Under the pieces are notes generated by a model that did no database searches, was not told where the DNA came from, and worked only from the letters and a program-made list of their open reading frames with translations. Below, in pieces: positions 16,761-18,884 of a stretch of DNA of 18,884 nucleotides (position 1 is the first letter of the stretch; the number at the start of each line of letters is the position of its first letter). Origin of the DNA: Verrucomicrobiales bacterium (GTDB lineage Bacteria; Verrucomicrobiota; Verrucomicrobiia; Verrucomicrobiales; V1-33); the NCBI GenBank assembly GCA_031411295.1, contig JANOAV010000114.1:1-18884 (forward strand), written 5' to 3'. A program made the position numbers and the translations under genes.

Positions 16761-16994
16761 TCAATAAGGTCCACGCATGTCTTCAAAGAGTTCATCCAAG
16801 TCTTGCTGCGTCAGCACCGTTTCCCCGGTGCGATCACGGAAACCAGTGCTCTGACTCCAATCTACTCTGGGTTCCGGTTGAGCCACAGGCGGGGCGACAT
16901 GCTCACCTTTCACCATCACATCTTCACCCCGCTTCAGCCATCCGAGGACGGTGGGGAGGCGGGTTTCCAAGTCGTTTAAGGTTGCTGTTTTCAT
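16761..16994 (-). CDS. Phd/YefM-like antitoxin (VapB partner)
   Basis: MKTATLNDLETRLPTVLGWLKRGEDVMV resembles the Phd-type N-terminal DNA-binding fold. Acidic C-terminus (DLDELFEDMRG). It lies 18 bp upstream of vapC. Confidence 0.75.
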   Translation of the reverse strand: MKTATLNDLETRLPTVLGWLKRGEDVMVKGEHVAPPVAQPEPRVDWSQSTGFRDRTGETVLTQQDLDELFEDMRGPY

Positions 16995-17031
16995 TGTAGA
17001 AATTTCCGCCACTGCTCTAACCTCGTCAAGT

Positions 17032-17736
17032 ATGATTTCCTCATTCCAGAATACTCAATGGACGCTCGTCCTGCGTGCCAGCGGCGTGGGCGCGGAGGCG
17101 CAGGCGGCTTTGTCGGATTTGTGTGGGGCTTATTATGCTCCGGTGGTGGCGTTTCTGCGACGGGATGGGCGTGGAGAGGATGAGGCTCGGGAAATGGCTC
17201 ATGCGTTTTTTGCGGGGTTGCTGGAAGGTGGGTTAGGCACGCCGGAGCAAGCTCGGGGGCGGTTTCGGAGTTACTTGTTGGGGGCGGTGAAACATTATCT
17301 TTCCAAGCAGCGGGAGGCGGCGGGCACGCAGAAGCGTGGGGGCGGGGTGGAGCATGTGGCGTTGGGTGCGGTGGATGTGCTTAGCCACGAGGGGGCAAGC
17401 TGCCCCCTCTCCTTTGAGGATGATGCGCTGGTGTTTGATCGGGAATGGGCGTTTACGGTGATTGCTCGGGCGTTGGCCGTTTTGGAAAGCGAGCATGAGC
17501 GTAAACCGGAGTTCTACCAAACGCTGAAACCCTGGCTGGACGGGGCGGCGGACGTTTCGCAAGCCGATGCTGCCGCCACGTTAGGCATGAGCGAGACCGC
17601 CGTGAAAGTAGCCATCCACCGGCTCCGCACGCGCTTCCGCGAACTGATCCGCGCAGAAGTGGCCGCCACAGTGTCTGATCCCAAGGAGGCGGCGGATGAA
17701 CTGCGGCATTTGATCGAAATCGTGAGCCGTGGTTAG
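17032..17736 (+). CDS. ECF sigma-70 family factor, kinase-associated type
   Basis: F..TQWTLV N-terminus. Sigma2 region ALSDLC.AYYAPV...RGRFRSYLLGAVKH, then FDREWA. Sigma4 region SQADAAATLGMSETAVKVAIHRLRTRFRELIR. ATG 17032 is preferred because 16951 overlaps the antitoxin. Confidence 0.92.
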   Translation: MISSFQNTQWTLVLRASGVGAEAQAALSDLCGAYYAPVVAFLRRDGRGEDEAREMAHAFFAGLLEGGLGTPEQARGRFRSYLLGAVKHYLSKQREAAGTQKRGGGVEHVALGAVDVLSHEGASCPLSFEDDALVFDREWAFTVIARALAVLESEHERKPEFYQTLKPWLDGAADVSQADAAATLGMSETAVKVAIHRLRTRFRELIRAEVAATVSDPKEAADELRHLIEIVSRG

Positions 17737-17750
17737 CAGCCCAAGGCGGT

Positions 17751-17770
17751 CCGCACAGTCCCCTGTGTGG
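17751..17770. repeat. Short hairpin between convergent genes
   Basis: CCGCACAG-tccc-CTGTGTGG with one G-T pair and no U tract. Confidence 0.3.
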
Positions 17771-17785
17771 CGGTCGGTGGCACTA

Positions 17786-18793
17786 TCAGTTCGCGTTGGG
17801 ATTCTTGATGAGCTGCACCGACAACTGGAGCCGATCATGGAGCGGGCCGGCGGGTTGGTTGGCGAGGGATTTTTCCAGGCTGGGCAAGTATTGCGCGGCG
17901 TTGGCTGACCCAGCCAATGCCAGTGCGGCCAAGCCTTGCTGGTTCGGGTTCATGGTCCCGTCGCTCAGCATCGCTTCAAGGTCGGCGGCTTGGCTGGCTT
18001 GGAGATACCGGGCGCTCCAATTAAAAACTAGATTGCCCAATTCGTTCAATGGGGCCTGCGGCTGAGTTGCCAGTTGAATCACGGCGTGGGCGGTAGCGGG
18101 ATGGGGACAGGTCTCCAAACGCGCCAAATAGAGTTCGGCTTCGGCAGGCTTTTGCGCGAAATTTTGGGCCGCCTGGCCAGCATATAAACCAGGAATTTCC
18201 TGAGATTCCAAACGCTGGCGGAGCACGGGATCGTTGGTGGCATTCCAAGCGCTCAAAAGCTGTTCATTGAGTGAACTGCTGCTGGGTTGGAGTTGCAGAC
18301 CTTTACGCAAGGCGTCGAGAAAGTTAGGTGAGTGGGTGTCGTAAGCGGCCAGCGACTTCGCTTCGCCTGTTAGGAAATGCAGGCAGGCGCTGACGGCCGC
18401 GTTCCCCATGGGCTCGCTCAGCCCGGCTAAGAGGGCGCGGAGTTCTTCGGTGCGCTCGCCCTGCGTGGCTTCGGCGGCAGCCATTTCACTCAGCACCTTC
18501 AGCGCAGCCAGAACGTCCTTCTCCGAACCGCCGGCAAGGATATCAGTCAGTGCTGCAAGTCGCTGATCGATGGGAGCGGTAGCGTCACTGAGGATGCTGA
18601 GGAGTTGCTCCTGAAGGGATTTGGTGGCTGGAGCCTTCGCTGCGCTGGCCTGCGAAGTCTTGGCTTTAGGATTGTGGGTGACCGAGGTTTCCGTAGCTGC
18701 TTGAGCTTGCTGATCTGGCCGGTGCTGCCACCAAACAACAAGGGCAGTGGCGCAGGCAACAACGATGAGGCTGAGGATGATGGGACGTTTCAT
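17786..18793 (-). CDS. Hypothetical membrane-anchored or exported alpha-helical protein, possibly HEAT-like
   Basis: 335-aa ORF with a basic plus hydrophobic N-terminus (MKRPIILSLIVVACATALVVWW), an Ala/Lys/Thr linker and Leu/Ala-rich helices. No motif recognised. Confidence 0.75.
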   Translation of the reverse strand: MKRPIILSLIVVACATALVVWWQHRPDQQAQAATETSVTHNPKAKTSQASAAKAPATKSLQEQLLSILSDATAPIDQRLAALTDILAGGSEKDVLAALKVLSEMAAAEATQGERTEELRALLAGLSEPMGNAAVSACLHFLTGEAKSLAAYDTHSPNFLDALRKGLQLQPSSSSLNEQLLSAWNATNDPVLRQRLESQEIPGLYAGQAAQNFAQKPAEAELYLARLETCPHPATAHAVIQLATQPQAPLNELGNLVFNWSARYLQASQAADLEAMLSDGTMNPNQQGLAALALAGSANAAQYLPSLEKSLANQPAGPLHDRLQLSVQLIKNPNAN

Positions 18794-18825
18794 GGCGAGT
18801 GGTGGGAGGATAGCAGATGGTTAAG

Positions 18826-18856
18826 AAAAAGCCAGGCCGCACGAGGCGGCCTGGCT
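18826..18856 (-). terminator. Rho-independent terminator on the minus strand
   Basis: Perfect 11-bp stem AGCCAGGCCGC-N5-GCGGCCTGGCT followed by a T run on the minus strand. It probably ends a gene outside the window. Confidence 0.75.
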
Positions 18857-18884
18857 GGGCGAGCGGGCCCTGCGGCCCGGGTGG

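Noticed and set aside
16470..16979. 169-aa ORF as a real protein, or joined to the sigma frame by a +1 frameshift in the 16951-16979 overlap
   Set aside because: Beyond codon 14 it is the antisense of the TA genes with no recognisable motifs. No convincing slippery site is present, and the sigma has its own complete N-terminus.
17080..17700. Shift from G/T-rich to C-rich composition within the sigma gene as a chimera breakpoint
   Set aside because: Based only on spot counts, and similar local skews occur elsewhere in the window.
18826..18884. Riboswitch or attenuator ahead of the last gene
   Set aside because: Only a terminator and a small hairpin (18864-18879) are visible. No aptamer is recognisable and the window ends here.

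Overview
Moderately GC-rich bacterial window. The gene content (Tat-exported Gfo/Idh/MocA protein, two membrane Hanks-type kinases, a kinase-linked ECF sigma factor, a LamG-phosphoesterase) suggests a PVC-superphylum organism, probably Verrucomicrobia; this is an inference. The left part holds a partial CFA-like methyltransferase, MarR, a fused beta-alpha Fe-S L-serine dehydratase, an oxidoreductase and a Lon-like protein that appears to have lost its catalytic Lys. The middle is a + strand run: non-RD Ser/Thr kinase with a discoidin-like domain, phosphoesterase-LamG, ROK fructokinase, a second phosphoesterase, and an IS630-like HTH protein with no DDE domain. The most unusual locus is 12760-17736, a Zn-finger Ser/Thr kinase with a lower-GC mosaic sensor region. 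Its stop overlaps a 14-codon ECF sigma N-terminal stub (MTHRFHPTQWTLVL). An antisense ~520 bp antitoxin/internally deleted vapC cassette follows, and then a complete ECF sigma with a diverged second copy of that N-terminus (MISSFQNTQWTLVL). No rRNA, tRNA, CRISPR array or intact transposase/integrase was seen. All family assignments come from reading motifs by eye; no database search was run.
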